From contig OZ024741.1 in the NCBI GenBank assembly GCA_964016885.1, forward strand, positions 394,754,001-394,818,000: DNA of 64,000 bases. Direction: 5' to 3'. Origin of the DNA: Eledone cirrhosa. Lineage: Eukaryota. The number at the start of each line of letters is the position of its first letter. The first letter of the stretch is position 1. Below the pieces are notes generated by a model. The model was given only the letters and a program-made list of their open reading frames with translations, made no database searches and had not been told where the DNA came from. Position numbers and translations under genes: made by a program. This document shows positions 25,991-38,681 of this stretch, piece by piece.

Positions 25991-26616
25991 AGAATATGTC
26001 AGCTAAGAATAATAATTGTTGCTGATCATTCAACAATACCACATTACCAACAAAAGGAGCCCTTTATAAGTCCTATTTAGCAGCTATGACTTCATATTTC
26101 AACACTTATCCACACCACATCTACGTTAGACATGTTTGTTTACATTGAATAAACGACTGGTAATGCATGTAATGTACCCTGGTCTCTATGTAATGTACCC
26201 TGCTTCACCCGTTCTTCCATTCTTTCCATGCCTGTCTCTTAGCCTTAATTACCTCATCTACCTTATTGTTCCACCATCAAGTCACTCTCCTCCTCCCTGT
26301 GGTCTTGCTCCAACCACAGATCTTATCTGTCACTTTTAGTAAATTATTTTTTAGGAACTCCCAGTGCGAAACCTACAGTCAGTAGGCACCTCTTAACCAA
26401 ATATACACCCCAACCCACTAGCCATACTCCACCCTCTCACTCTCACCAACACCACCCTTTCTCTGTAAAGTTATGTTGGTACCACAACATCCAGTCCAAA
26501 CTAATGAGGTTGTGTAGGTGTCACGACAAAAAAAAAACACACAGTCCACGCTGTAATGTGGCCGTGTAGCTAACAAGGTAAAAGGTTCCCAGTCCACACT
26601 GTAAATGTGGTTGGTG

Positions 26617-27520
26617 TTAGAATTTCTGGTCTATCGGCCAATGAAGATATCTTTAGTGCTTCTGCCCCTTACTACAACGATGCCCTCGTCCGCAGTAAAT
26701 TTAAAGAAAAGATTACTTATCTAGAAACCACCCCAAGACTACCTAGGAGAAATAGGTATAGGCAGATTAGTTGGTACAACCTCCCCTTCAATAGAGACTT
26801 TTCTACACCTATATCTAGGACTTTCTTCAAATTGCTGAATATACACTTCCCCACACAACATAGGTACCACACTATCTTTAATAAGAATATGATAAGACTC
26901 TCCTATTCCACTACACCTAACCTAGCTAGGAATATAGCCGATCTCAACACTACAAAATTAAATAAGCCTACTACTTCCGAAACCCATCCCCGGACGAGAG
27001 CTTTGTGCAACTGCCAAAATAAGGAAGCCTGCCCACTCGAAAACAAATGCCTGACAAATGACATCGTATATAAATGTGATGTCATCTCAGGCACTGGTGA
27101 CAAGAACAAAAAGACTTATATCGGAATGACTTCCAACAATTTTAAGACCCGGTGGTATGCCCATACCCACTCAGTCAGAAGACCGGACAAATCCAATCTG
27201 ACAACATTCGCCTCCTATGTCTGGAACCTCAAGAGGAACTCCACCCCTTTCACGCTCAAATGGAAATTACTCCAGAAAGCGCGCTCATGCATGGGAGGAC
27301 ACAAGTGTTGTGACCTTTGTATTTCAGAGAGCTATGAAATACTATTTGCCAAGGGCCCGACACTGAACACTGCCCGAATTGCATGCACAAAAGCTTTGCA
27401 ACTTAAAAAATATCTTAAGCCAGTGTTGAAGCCAGATGGATAAAAAAATTAAAACAAAACCCCACTCGACAAAATATCCCCTCCACCTCCATCCCACCCT
27501 ACCCCTACCCGCCTCACGGT
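26617..27520 (+). mobile_element. Penelope-like element, 5'-truncated; same family as 1880-3510
   Basis: ORF 26607-27443 closely similar to 2437-3415 (IRLSYSTTPNLARNIA, YIGMTSN.FKTRWY). Confidence 0.92.
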
Positions 27521-27789
27521 ACTATGGTTATGTAAGTACTTCTTACCTATCTCCTTTTTCCACATGTATAACATACTTGAATTGTGACTCTAAGTGTGTA
27601 TATATATATGTGTGTGTGTGTGTGTATGTATGTGTGTATGTATGTGTGTATATGCGTATATATATAAATATATATTCAGAAAAGATTGTTTTGGTAAAAA
27701 CAGGAGTAAGCAGGAGAAAGCTCTCAACAATCGTTGTTTTAGTTACGATGGAGAATTTTATAAAAATAACAAAATAAGATGCTGAGGTT

Positions 27790-29570
27790 ACATATATCGT
27801 TTAATCATAATAATCAATTACACGCTTCTCCATGCAATCGAGATGTCCTTCATGCATTTGCTGTTGATTATGAGAACGGTCGCCTCAGATGAAAATCGAT
27901 ATATTTGATATGCCGCTGGCAAGAAAACACACATCCTAGTGCCTGTGTGGCCAGTATACATATGAGTTCCTTGAAGGGTTTGCCAACTGTCACATTTGTT
28001 AAAAAAGCTATCAACGAAAAAAGACGAAAAGAACAAAAAACTGTGTGCCGCCAAAACCCAGTAGACAGTAGAGCAATAAAAGGAGCTCTGAGGGAGAGTG
28101 GGGTATATATTTAGTTGACAACCACCTATAGACAACAACAACAATGACAATAACATCAAACCGCCGACCAAAGTTGCCCACACTGGTCGCAATAGTCGTG
28201 GTGATACCACTACTCTATTGACAACAACTAAAACAACAGCAAAAACACAGACCAACGTCATGTATACAGGTTGTAGTCGTCAGTGACGGTACCACCCTGT
28301 CGACAATAAACAGCGATAACGCCAAATCAATAAAAAGGAGTTTAGAGGTAGGTGGGTACACAGAGTTGGTGGTATCAATCACCATGATCATAAACAGTAA
28401 CAACAATGGCAACGGCAACAAGCCCCAACACCGCCGATCACCCACCCCGTTCGTCGCAGTAGTGGTGGTATCATCTATATCAGTATTAAGCCATTGGTAA
28501 CACCAATAACAACAACAAGACCAGTGATGACCCCACCACGGCGACGGCAGCAACAGGAAAAAAGCCACGCTTCCATGAAAAATAAACTAACCACAATAGT
28601 AGTCCGTTGAAACAAGGAAGTGAAAATGGTGTAGAAACATAGATGGGTATTTATATATATATAAACAAATACATTCCCAGTTAATACAGTCCTCTCTAAC
28701 ACTGTAAGGCACAAGACCAGCGATGATCATAGCATTCAGTCCCAACTACAGTGGCAACAATACTATCAAAAGGGCTGTTAGGCCATGGAAGAGAGTTACG
28801 GGAAGCGAAAGTAGGGACAGGAACAAGTAGATAAGAAATGAGAACACATATAGAGAACACAATAATAAAAGAACAGGACAAAAATACATAAAAAACAACA
28901 GTAGGTATATAAACAGAGGAATAGGGAACAAAGGACAAGAAACAAGTACACATAGAGACTACAGGTGTGCAAATAAGATATCCAAGGTTCGCCTGACGTT
29001 GGGGTTGCCGCGTGGCCATGCCCGGCTTCCACGGGCAAGTTTGCAATAGTCTTCAACTAGCACAACTACGTTGTTAGTCTGTACAGTTTGAGGAAGGTTC
29101 CAGAAGATCTGTGGAGGCACGGGCTGTAATTGTAGAAACCCCAGTAACTGCCCCCTGGAGGGTAGGTGCCTCGGCAGTGGCTTAGTATATGAATGTAGGG
29201 TGAATACCAACAACCATACCTTCACCTATATCAGAGCCACAGCTGATAAATTTAAGGAACGCTGGTACAATCATTGCCACACCTTTAAGAGGGCTTATAA
29301 TAAACACAGCACTTCTCTCGGAAGTAGTGTGGCGTCTCAAACATAACGTAGAATTCACCTTGTCGTGGTCCAAGGTAGCCTCAGCCCAACTCTACGGAGG
29401 GGGTGGACATGACTCATGCGATTTGTGTGTCACCGAGATTATGGAAATAATCAAGAGGGGAGCTCAAGTTATCAATAGAAGGATTAACCTCTTCAGCACC
29501 TGCCTCCACAGATCTTCTGGAACCTTCCTCAAACTGTACAGACTAACAACGTAGTTGTGCTAGTTGAAGA

Positions 29571-29571
<1 letters not shown>
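27790..29571 (+). mobile_element. Degraded Penelope-like element with low-complexity linker and inverted 3' duplication
   Basis: GCNCRNPSNCPLEGRCL..LVYEC (~29120) and CDLCVTE (29327-29554); 29048-29118 is the reverse complement of 29501-29571. Confidence 0.7.
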
Positions 29572-29631
<60 letters not shown>

Positions 29632-29633
<2 letters not shown>

Positions 29634-29909
29634 AGTGAAAAATTGAAGAATAAGATGGTCAGCTGTACAAAAAGGGTTTTATTTACAGTATTAACAATTG
29701 TTTCATTGATTAAGTTGTCTAAAGGCCGCTAATCACTCGAAGTTGCGTCACTCGACCTTAAATACGGTGTTTGCTTGATCAAATCATCGGAATACTAAAT
29801 AATTTACACGCAGTGTTTGAATGTATAGATACAATGGAGAGTCCTGTAAATACTGTAAATAAAACCCTTTTTGTACAGCTGACCATGTTATTCTTTAATT
29901 TTTCACTAT
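29632..29909 (-). mobile_element. Small element with 61-bp inverted repeats enclosing a hammerhead
   Basis: 29632-29692 is the imperfect reverse complement of 29849-29909. Confidence 0.75.
29687..29796 (-). ncRNA. Type-I hammerhead variant (CCGAUGA core) with long stem II
   Basis: Minus strand: agtatt-CCGATGA-tttgatcaag...cttaatcaat-GAAAC-aatt-GTT-aatact. Confidence 0.65.
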
Positions 29910-29991
29910 TATTACTCCAAGATTAACCTGCATAGGAATTCTCGCGAACTCGCTGCCTAACTGGATTACCTATAACAATAATTTTTTTTAT

Positions 29992-30028
<37 letters not shown>

Positions 30029-30189
30029 CAGTTCTGTATGAGGAAAGCATGGTCACCTGACCTAGCATTGCCCACAACAAGGCAACTTGTTTAACCCATG
30101 CTAGTGTGAAAGAATAGATGCAAAATGGTGGTGATGATGACATATGTATCGACAGTCGATCGACTTTCGTCAAATTGGACCGAGGAAAC

Positions 30190-30362
30190 AATGTTTCCAT
30201 TGGTCTTTCCAATTGCTAATACTATCTATCGGTCGCAACTCCAGGTAGAAGGAGCAACGTGAAATAAAGTGTCTTGCTCAAGGACATAACACATCGCCCG
30301 GTTCGGGAATCAAACTCACAATCTCACGATTGTGAATCCAGTTTTCTAACCACTCAGCCAAA
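30190..30362 (-). mobile_element. tRNA-derived SINE
   Basis: Minus-strand A box TGGCTGAGTGG and B box GTTTGATTCC, followed by tgtccttgagcaagacacttta body. Confidence 0.8.
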
Positions 30363-30370
30363 CATTCCTT

Positions 30371-30940
30371 ACAATGCTCAGTGTGTTTGTAAACAATGAA
30401 TGTTAGGTGAATCCATACGTACACATATATATGTGTGCATGTATGTATATATATATACATACTACTGTACGTCTGTATACATATATGTATGTACGTGTAC
30501 ATACTTATATTTAAGTAACAGCCGTACTAAGAGTGGGAAATGAAATTTCGTTTCATTTTTTCCGTTTATCGTTTTCGGTGCACCCGGCCGATTAACCCAC
30601 TCGATATGTAAATTGGGCTACTCAGCCGTTAATATGCATAAGGAAAGTATATTCTTTCGGACGTTCAACAATCTGTCAGGAAGGTATACGTTGCTGACGA
30701 TAGCTAATAAGCTTGAAACTAGTACAGCGTTCCTTTGTCAGTGTTGAACAAACGAGCAACGATGGTTGCTGGACACTACGGCTTAATACGGGATGTTTGT
30801 TTACAAATACACCGAGCATTATAATAAATGTTCGGTGAATCCATACGTACATATATATATGTGTGCATGTATGTAAATATATATATATACATACTACTGT
30901 ACGTCTGTATACATATATGTATGTACGTATACATACTTAT
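30371..30940 (+). mobile_element. Retrozyme-like / PLE pLTR non-coding element with ~110-bp terminal direct repeat
   Basis: ~30398-30508 repeated at ~30827-30940; short inverted segment 30371-30395 versus ~30797-30821; internal hammerhead. Confidence 0.7.
30688..30730 (+). ncRNA. Minimal type-I hammerhead ribozyme
   Basis: acgttg-CTGACGA-t-agct-aata-agct-t-GAAAC-ta-GTA-cagcgt; 6-bp stem I, palindromic ACTAGT stem III. Confidence 0.85.
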
Positions 30941-31065
30941 AATGATGATATATATATATTTTTTTTTTTTTTAATATATATATATACATATACCTATATT
31001 ATATAGATATTTATATATATTAATTCAAAATATTAACAAAAATAAACATCAGTGTGATCAAGTAT

Positions 31066-31130
31066 ATTTTATTATACATATTTCAGAGGTACTGAGCTAT
31101 CTTCAACAGTACGTCCTCATCAGATAAAAT
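31066..31130 (-). ncRNA. Type-I hammerhead ribozyme (left arm)
   Basis: attttat-CTGATGA-ggacgtactg...cagtacctct-GAAAT-atgt-ATA-ataaaat. Confidence 0.75.
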
Positions 31131-32053
31131 AAGATGATGCATGACATACCCTGACTTAGTAGATGGTTAAGATTCAGTCATGGTAGTGAATAAGATATGA
31201 CAAAACTCAATATTTATATACCTTAAGATTGAGACATGAAAAAATTACATATAATACAGAGGGTGCGTGTGAGAAAGCTTAAAAATACATAATAGCAATT
31301 TACATAACTGTTAGAGATTCAAATAATTTAAATTATTGAAGAAAGAAGAAAGACAGAAAGAAACATGAGGAAAAAGATAGTTACTAGAAGTATAGAAAGC
31401 AAAAGAGAATTGATCAAGGATAGAGAGACAAGGAGGAATAGTTTTTATAGTGTAAAGCATAGGGAGGGAGATTTGTATTGTCATGGATAAATAGCGTATA
31501 ATTAGATGATGCAAAGATATATATATATAAATACTTAAATATACATTTGGGCATAGCTTTGTGAAAAAGTAATTTTGAATCTTTGAATTATCTAGAAATA
31601 ATCAATCAATCTAAGTATTAAATATATCTGGGTGTAATTATATGAGGGTTTAAATTTCGAGTCCTTAAGTTAATTAGAAATATACTAATAATTAATTATA
31701 TATATTATATATATCCAAACATATCCGGATGACCGTTAAATTTCGAATCATTTATGTTAGTTCAGAATAATGAATTAATCTAAAGATATGTTTCAGGCTA
31801 TAAAAATGTATAAGTATTTATATTAAAGTATACTATCATATTTAATTTATAAAATCATATTTAAAGTATTTGCAAACACGAGAAAGAAGAGACTTAATAT
31901 TTTCATCATCTCGAAGGTAATCCATATTAAATTATATTTTTTTTTCATGTCTCAATCTTAAGGTATATAAATATTGAGTTTTGTCATATCTTATTCACTA
32001 CCATGACTGAATCTTAACCATCTACTAAGTCAGGGTATGTCATGCATCATCTT

Positions 32054-32118
32054 ATTTTATCTGATGAGGACGTACTGTTGAAGATAGCTCAGTACCTCTG
32101 AAAAATGTATAATAAAAT
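32054..32118 (+). ncRNA. Type-I hammerhead ribozyme (right arm; one stem III substitution)
   Basis: attttat-CTGATGA-ggacgtactg...cagtacctct-GAAAA-atgt-ATA-ataaaat. Confidence 0.65.
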
Positions 32119-32286
32119 ATACTTGATCACACGAATGTCTATTTTTGTTAATATTTTGAATTAATATTAATAACTCCGGAAAACTATTTCTGTGGAGTGC
32201 TTCCAATCTATTGTAAAACTCATTCTTTGATTTATTCATTGAACCTTGTTTAACCTTTAAATATATTTATATATATGTATATACAG

Positions 32287-32437
32287 AGGCGGTGAATTGG
32301 CAGAGCTGTTAGGATGTCAGATAGAATGCTTTATGGTATTTGTTCCAGCTCTCTGAGTTCAAATCTTGCTGAGGTCAACTTTGCTTTTCATCCTTTCAAA
32401 GTTGATAAAAAAATACCAGTTTAGTACTGGGGTCAAT
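32287..32437 (+). mobile_element. tRNA-derived SINE
   Basis: ggcggtgaattggcagag head and gagttcaaatc B-box-like motif. Confidence 0.55.
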
Positions 32438-32582
32438 TCTTCCTCTATATCTTTCTCATTTCCATCTTTCTCTGGAAGAAATCTGCTGTCTCAGGCCTAG
32501 AGAAGGATGGGCTCTGCCAGACTTAAAATACCCAAGAAGTGCTGTATGTCAATACGGCGCCCCTAAGTCTCTGGAGTTACAT

Positions 32583-32626
<44 letters not shown>

Positions 32627-32869
32627 CATCATCATCATTTTTACATCCGCTTTTCTATGCGTGCATGTGTTGGACGCGTTTTTATCAGCACAGGTCTCTC
32701 CACTTGTCGCGTTCTTCGTCACCTCCTTTTCCAGCCTTAGAGATTTGAGGTCAGCTCTCACCTCTACCTAAGTATTTCTTGGTCATACTTTACTGCTACT
32801 TCCTTCTACTGGGATTTCCTTGCATTTCTTTACCCATCAGTCATTGTCAATGCACATCACATGTCCATA

Positions 32870-35450
32870 CCAACACAGTCTTCCCTCCATCACACCACGT
32901 CGGATTACCCTTAAAACCAGCTTCTCCCTCAGCTCATCCAACGAAATATGGGTCCTTCATTTCTCTCCAGTCTATGCATGTTGTCTGCAGTCACTGCTCA
33001 TGATTCACTACTGTGCAGCATCGCTTACCACACATAGGCGTCATACAGCCTTCCTTTTGTTGTCAGCAGTGGGAGTAGTTCTCCAAACTTTTTCCATCCT
33101 ATCCTTATTCTAGCTATTATACTCTCGGCGCACCCACTTCCGCTGCTAATTAGGTGACCTAGATAGCAGAAGCTATCAACCACATCTACGAATCCTTCCT
33201 GAGACTGGAAAAGATTTACGTCATTAGCACTGTTTTTCTTGATTTCTCCTGTGCATCTTCTGTAAGCAAAGTTCTCCCTTCCTGTTAGTCTACTCGTTAT
33301 CTCTCTACATCTTTTGTGAACCCAAGATTTACATTGTGTATATTGTATGGAGTTTATGCCTACTCCTTTTCTGCATATTGAACATGGCCACTTCCCTGGG
33401 GTATCTGGGTCCTATCTTCTCTCCTACTCACTAGCACTTTAGTTTTGGCTAAGTCTACTCTCAAACTAAGTTTACTCCAAATTTAGTTTACATAATCAGA
33501 ATTTATTCTCTAGTTCTTTTTTGGTTTCAGTTATGAGGACCAAATCATCTGCATAGAGAATTTCCCTGTGTAGCCCGTTTTAAACTCCTCTGTTATGGCT
33601 TGAAGAACTATGATGAACAACAGTGGGCTAAGAACTGAACCTTGATGAACTCATACCTGTACCTTGAATTCCTTGCTAAACACTTTACTGACAGCTCCTC
33701 TGTACATAGCTTGCACTGCTCTCACAAGCCATTCTTCTACATCTAATTTCCTTAAGGACCACTAGAAAATAGATCAAGGTACTCTGTCAAAGGCCTTCTC
33801 TAGATCAACAAAAGCTAAATATAGTGGTTTATTTTTGGCTATGAACTTCTCTTGTAGTTGCCTCACTAAGAAGAGGTCATGTGTAGTACTATTTTGACTC
33901 TTTCCCTAATTAGCTGCGCTATAACTCTTTCTGTCACTTTCATAACTTGGTCCATTAGTTTTATTCCTCTATAGTTGCTCCTCTCTAGGGTATCACCTTT
34001 GCCCTTGTAGCAATTTACAATTGTACTGCTGCGCCACTCATTGGGTATGACTCTGCCATGTATTACTTGATTTACTAGCTTGACTCCTACCTCTCCCAAT
34101 GCTTTTAGCATCTCAGCAACTATTTCTGATGTCCTGCAGCTTTACCATTTTTCATCTCCTTGATTGTGTCTTTGTCCCTAAAACTATAAACTTCAATAGC
34201 TGGTCCTTCCTTTGGGTAAGTTGTGGGTAGTTTCTCTTCCTCCTATTCATTCTCTACTTTCATCAATCTCTCAGAGTAACATTTCCAGGCCTCATAAATT
34301 TGGGCATCAGTGGTGTTAAGTGTACAAATGCCATTTCTAACACATTTTCCCCAAACATCTCGATTCACACTACCTTGCAATTCGGAACACTTTACATTTC
34401 AAGACATTGGCAAATTTACTTTGTTCAACCTCTCTCTGAGCTGTGTGTACCTGTCACCTAGCTTCTTTCTTAGCTACTTGGTACCGGTCTCTGCTAACTT
34501 CATTTTTCCAGTCTTTCCATGTCTGTCTCTTATCTTTAATGGCTGTATCTACTATGCTGTTCCACCACCAGGTCACTCTCTGTCTGGCTGGCATTTTACT
34601 CGTCGCAAATCTCGCCAGTAGTTTGCAAAAAGTTGTCACATAATAATTTCCAATTGTTCTCTACGTTATATGTATCTAGTTTGTCATCCCTCTTATCAAG
34701 TACATCCTGTAGGGCTTTTCTAAACCTATATTTAACCAAGAGGTCTTTTAGCTTCCACACCTATTTTGTTGTCAATAATAACTAACTTGTGCTGGGCAGT
34801 GCATTCTAAGGCCTTCCCCAGGGAAGGCCTTAGTCTGCTTGTCTTGTCTAACAAGCAAGTAATCGATTTAGCTTGTGCGTTCACCTGATTGATATGAAAA
34901 CAGGTAGCTGGCTAGTTGCAGATGATTAGTTCATATACATCACAGAATTCCAGGAGATCCAGCTCCTCTTCATTCCTTGATCAATAACCATAGCTGCCAT
35001 GAACTCCGCTAAATCCATCTTGGTACTGTCCCACATGTTCATTAAAGTCACTTGCCAGGATGATGAAGTCTCTTTCGTCAATATCTAAAGTTGTCTGCAA
35101 AATTTCCCCATAGAACCTGTCCTTTTGTTCTTTACCTTATCCAGCCGACGGAGAATTGGTGGATGTGATTCTCACCAGTATTTCCTACAGTTAATCTAAG
35201 CTTGATGATTCTGTCACTTACTCTAACTACCTCTATCACCTTATCTATCCATTTCTCAGCTAGTAGGATGCCTACATCCTCTACCCCATTGTCATTTCCT
35301 ATTCAGTAGAGTTTATATCTAAGTTGCTTGCCTGTGATTAGTCTCACTGAGGCACCCTTCCATCTCACTTCTTGTACACAGCATACATCTACTCCTCTTC
35401 TCTCTAATAGTTCCACAATTTCATCTGATTTGCCTTTCAGGGTACCAACA
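32870..35450 (-). mobile_element. RTE LINE, APE + RT, degraded; 5' region interrupted by the Gypsy element
   Basis: GTLKGKSDEIVELL..VDVCCVQE (~35400); YKGKGDTLERSNYRGIKLMDQVMKV; FVDLEKAFD; LYADDL. Confidence 0.9.
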
Positions 35451-35484
35451 GCCCTGAGATTTGTACCTTGATAGTTGTTGTTAC

Positions 35485-35862
35485 TGTGGTTGGAAAAAGC
35501 TATCTCACTTACCGCTTTTCAAAGGCGCCGCTCAATCTCCACTGCATGGTCGTTTGAAGACCATTTCGTGTACGTCCGTCTTCCTCGGTTGGCCGTCTCT
35601 ATCGTCGTATCAACAGTCCCATATCGTTTTGCTCTTTTCACTAGTGCTGCTATCGTCCTGCTCCTTACTCCTCGCCTGCCTGCTTCCAACTACCTAGCAC
35701 CGGGAGATCCCAAACTGGCGTTTACGTCGCTGCTAGGTACTACGCTAGGTACTGCCCAAACTTGCGTTCACCCCGTTGCTAGACACTGCCCAAACTGGCG
35801 TTCGCCCCGTTGCTAGGCACCACTAGGCACCTGCAGCCACCGCACGCCACACCATACCCACA
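35485..35862 (-). repeat. 3' LTR
   Basis: TG...CA termini; about 6 differences from the 5' LTR by eye. Confidence 0.95.
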
Positions 35863-35881
35863 CGCCCCCCCCCCCCTGATC

Positions 35882-38680
35882 TCAAGGATCAATTTCCTCC
35901 TCGTCTCTCTGCATGTGGAAGTCTGCTGTCCAGGTTGGTGGTCTACGACATCGTTGCGATCTTCGTAGTATTGGGGCAGGGCTCTGAGTTTCCACCTCGT
36001 CTTGGGTTTCCTCTTCCTCGGAGTCCGTCGACACAGTGACTCTTCTTACATCCAGGACATGACGTGGTACCCCGTCCACGGACACATTGTTCTTTGAATT
36101 TACGGCCGTCACTGTTCCCCTTCCCCATTGAGATGTGCAACGTGCATCTGGGGGCTTAACCCAGACTTCTTCGTCCACCTGCACGAATGCACTCTCTTTC
36201 CCTACTGGCCGTTGTGGTGGCGTGCACAGGTGCCTCCACTCGTATTTGAATACTGCTCTGTGTGGCACCGATTCCTCGACCTGTCCAACCCGAGGAGACA
36301 TGTTGTACCAGAACACTGCCTCCATTGGTGAGACATGGCCCCGCTCCGCCATTGCCTTGATCGTCCGGTGGTGTCGCTCCACAATTCCATTCCCGCTCGG
36401 CCTGTGCGCCGCTCTGAAGAAACGGTTCACCTTCCATCCATCGAGCATCTCCCTCAGTGCCTCCGAGTCGAACGCTGCGCCGTTGTCCATCAGCAGTTCG
36501 TCCACAGGGCCCCGCTCCAAGAACACCTCTCTCAACGTCCGCACGATTTCCTCGGCCGTTTCAGTCCTCATCTCCCTCCATATCGCCATTCGACCTGGTC
36601 CACAGTCGACCATCGAGAGGTACGTTCCCTGCCGGTAGTGCGTCACATCCACCGCTAATCGCTTCCAGTCGCGATCTACCGGGAGGCTTCCCGTTTCGTG
36701 TACACCCGGGGCGGGATCAATGGACTGACATCGGACGCAGCCTCTAACCACTCCCTGAACACTGTGTCTGCTAACGTCCGGGTCGATTCTCCTGGCTAGG
36801 AACAGGCTCCTATCAACCCCTTCAGATCCGACTCAGTCAGCCGACACACAGCAGCTATCTCATCCTCTACCTCCTCCGGCGCTCCCATCCAGGCTTTCTT
36901 CACCCTAGTTAATATGTCCGCCCTGTTTTTCTCTGAGGGCACGAAAACTACGCTCAGCCTCAGGTCGAACTCGGTAGCCAACTCTCCTAAAGTTCCCAGG
37001 CGGCGCTTTATCAGCATCTCCGCCGCGCCTCTCGTTCGCACTGGTGAGCACTGATCTTACCCATCCGAGAACAGTAGCCGAGTCGGTGTGTATCTCGATG
37101 GTGTGCAGCCCCCACCACAGGGCGAGGTTCACCCCTCTCAACACTGCGTCCAGTTCGGCCACATTGATGTGATTGCAGTCGTCCTTCTTTCTAAGCCAGG
37201 CTGCATCCTCGACCTCAACAACTCCTATCTCCAACGTGACACCCAGCGCTATGCTGCTGGCATCGCACCACACGGTCCCGCTCTGTGATTTGGGAACATA
37301 CCAGCGTCCCCGCACTGGGTCGTCGGCCTTCACCCTTCCCACGATCTCCTGCAACATGGCCACCGTCCTCTCTCCCACTCTGTCACTCCAAGTCACTCCT
37401 CCCGCTTGTCTCTTGACATAGCTGCATGCCGTCCGGAGCCACCCAGCGATCGGGTAGTGACCCACCAGCTTTCCGCACACCGAGAAAAGCTCCCGCCTAC
37501 TCATACTTGGGCCCAGTTCCGGAACTTCGTTTCCCCTCTGGAATACCAAAACGCCTGTCCTGTCTCGCCACAGCCTAAGTCCCAGCGCGGCTCCTCCCTC
37601 CAATGCTTCTGACGGCTTCGCAGTCAGTCCGTACCCCTGTAAATGGCTCGTGACCTCCGCCGCCGACACCACCGACTCGTCCACTAAGATGTCGTCAATG
37701 TAGGAGTTAGTAACCCACTTTATCTTGTCAGCCTTCCCCAGAACGGTCTTGAGGACCGCCGCCATGATCTTCGGTGCGGAGCTCAGCCCGAAACCGAGCC
37801 TGGTCAGGCAATATGTCCGGCCCTTATACCTGACCAGCTGATACCGCCAGAGCTTCTCAGCTATATGCAACTGCAAGTAAGCCGACTTTAGGTCAACGAT
37901 CGCTGAACCCCCTGTCATGCGTCTCCACTCACGCAGAGTTTCTCCGCAGATATCCGTGACCTCGCCACCCGTGTGGCATGACACGTGTTCGTTCAGCTCC
38001 CGATAGTCCAGCACCGGCCTCACCTTGCTCTTCGTGGGTTGCACCACCGCCATTAACGGAAATACTCCGCACTTCAGCTCCTCCTTCCAGGGAAGCAGTA
38101 TGCCCTCTTCGATCCATCTCTCTACTTCTCGCTCGAACTTACTCCTAACGTTTCCCTTCAATGTGTGTTGATAGCAGCCCACTTTGGTCTTCAGTGTTGG
38201 TGGTTCTCCCTTCCAGTACCACTCAACAACCCATCGCTGCCCATCAAACACGGCCTTGAAGCCTTTGTCCTGCACAGTGTAAGCGGGGTATTCCTCCTCG
38301 TGGGCCTTCTGGTTCTCATGACGTGCACTCACTGCGCATGCCGATGCAGCGGCGCCAAACGACACACCGAGGTTGTCCACCGTGACGCCTCCTAAACGGC
38401 CAATCGCGTCCATGCCCATAACCATGCCGATCCCATCCACCACACTGTCTACTACGATGGCCGAAAGCTTTAACCTCCTTCCCCGTACCGCTATTTCCAC
38501 CTCGCTGCGACCTCAGCATCCGATTTTCCTGCCGTCGACTGCCCTTACACTGCTCTTCCTTCCCCACCTCTGCGCCACCTCTGCGCCACCCCCACGGTCA
38601 CCAGTGTCGTCGTACAGCCCGTGTCCACGAGGGCTCGCTGTGGCTTCCCCCTCACGAAGACTTCCACCATGGGCAGCGCC
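35882..38680 (-). pseudogene. Gypsy pol (protease-RT-RNase H-integrase), broken by a few frameshifts
   Basis: VRPVLDYRELN, VDLKSAYLQ, YIDD, WCDASS, HINVAEL, TDSATV (36905-38500); CVRC, AVDVTH, MDNG, GNGIVER (35882-36751). Confidence 0.92.
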
Positions 38681-38681
38681 G

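Larger units (their letters stand above)
31021..32163. mobile_element. Element with ~220-bp terminal inverted repeats, each arm carrying a hammerhead
   Basis: 31021-31244 is the near-perfect reverse complement of ~31941-32163; AT-rich non-coding interior. Confidence 0.85.

Noticed and set aside
27818-28931. Hydrophobic membrane-protein-like ORFs on the minus strand
   Set aside because: Antisense of the A/C-rich low-complexity PLE linker.
30290-30362. tRNA gene
   Set aside because: A and B boxes run into a SINE body and the cloverleaf is not intact.
35461-35816. Duplicated ~80-110 aa ORF (also 39656-39904)
   Set aside because: Antisense reading of the two LTRs; no recognisable domain.
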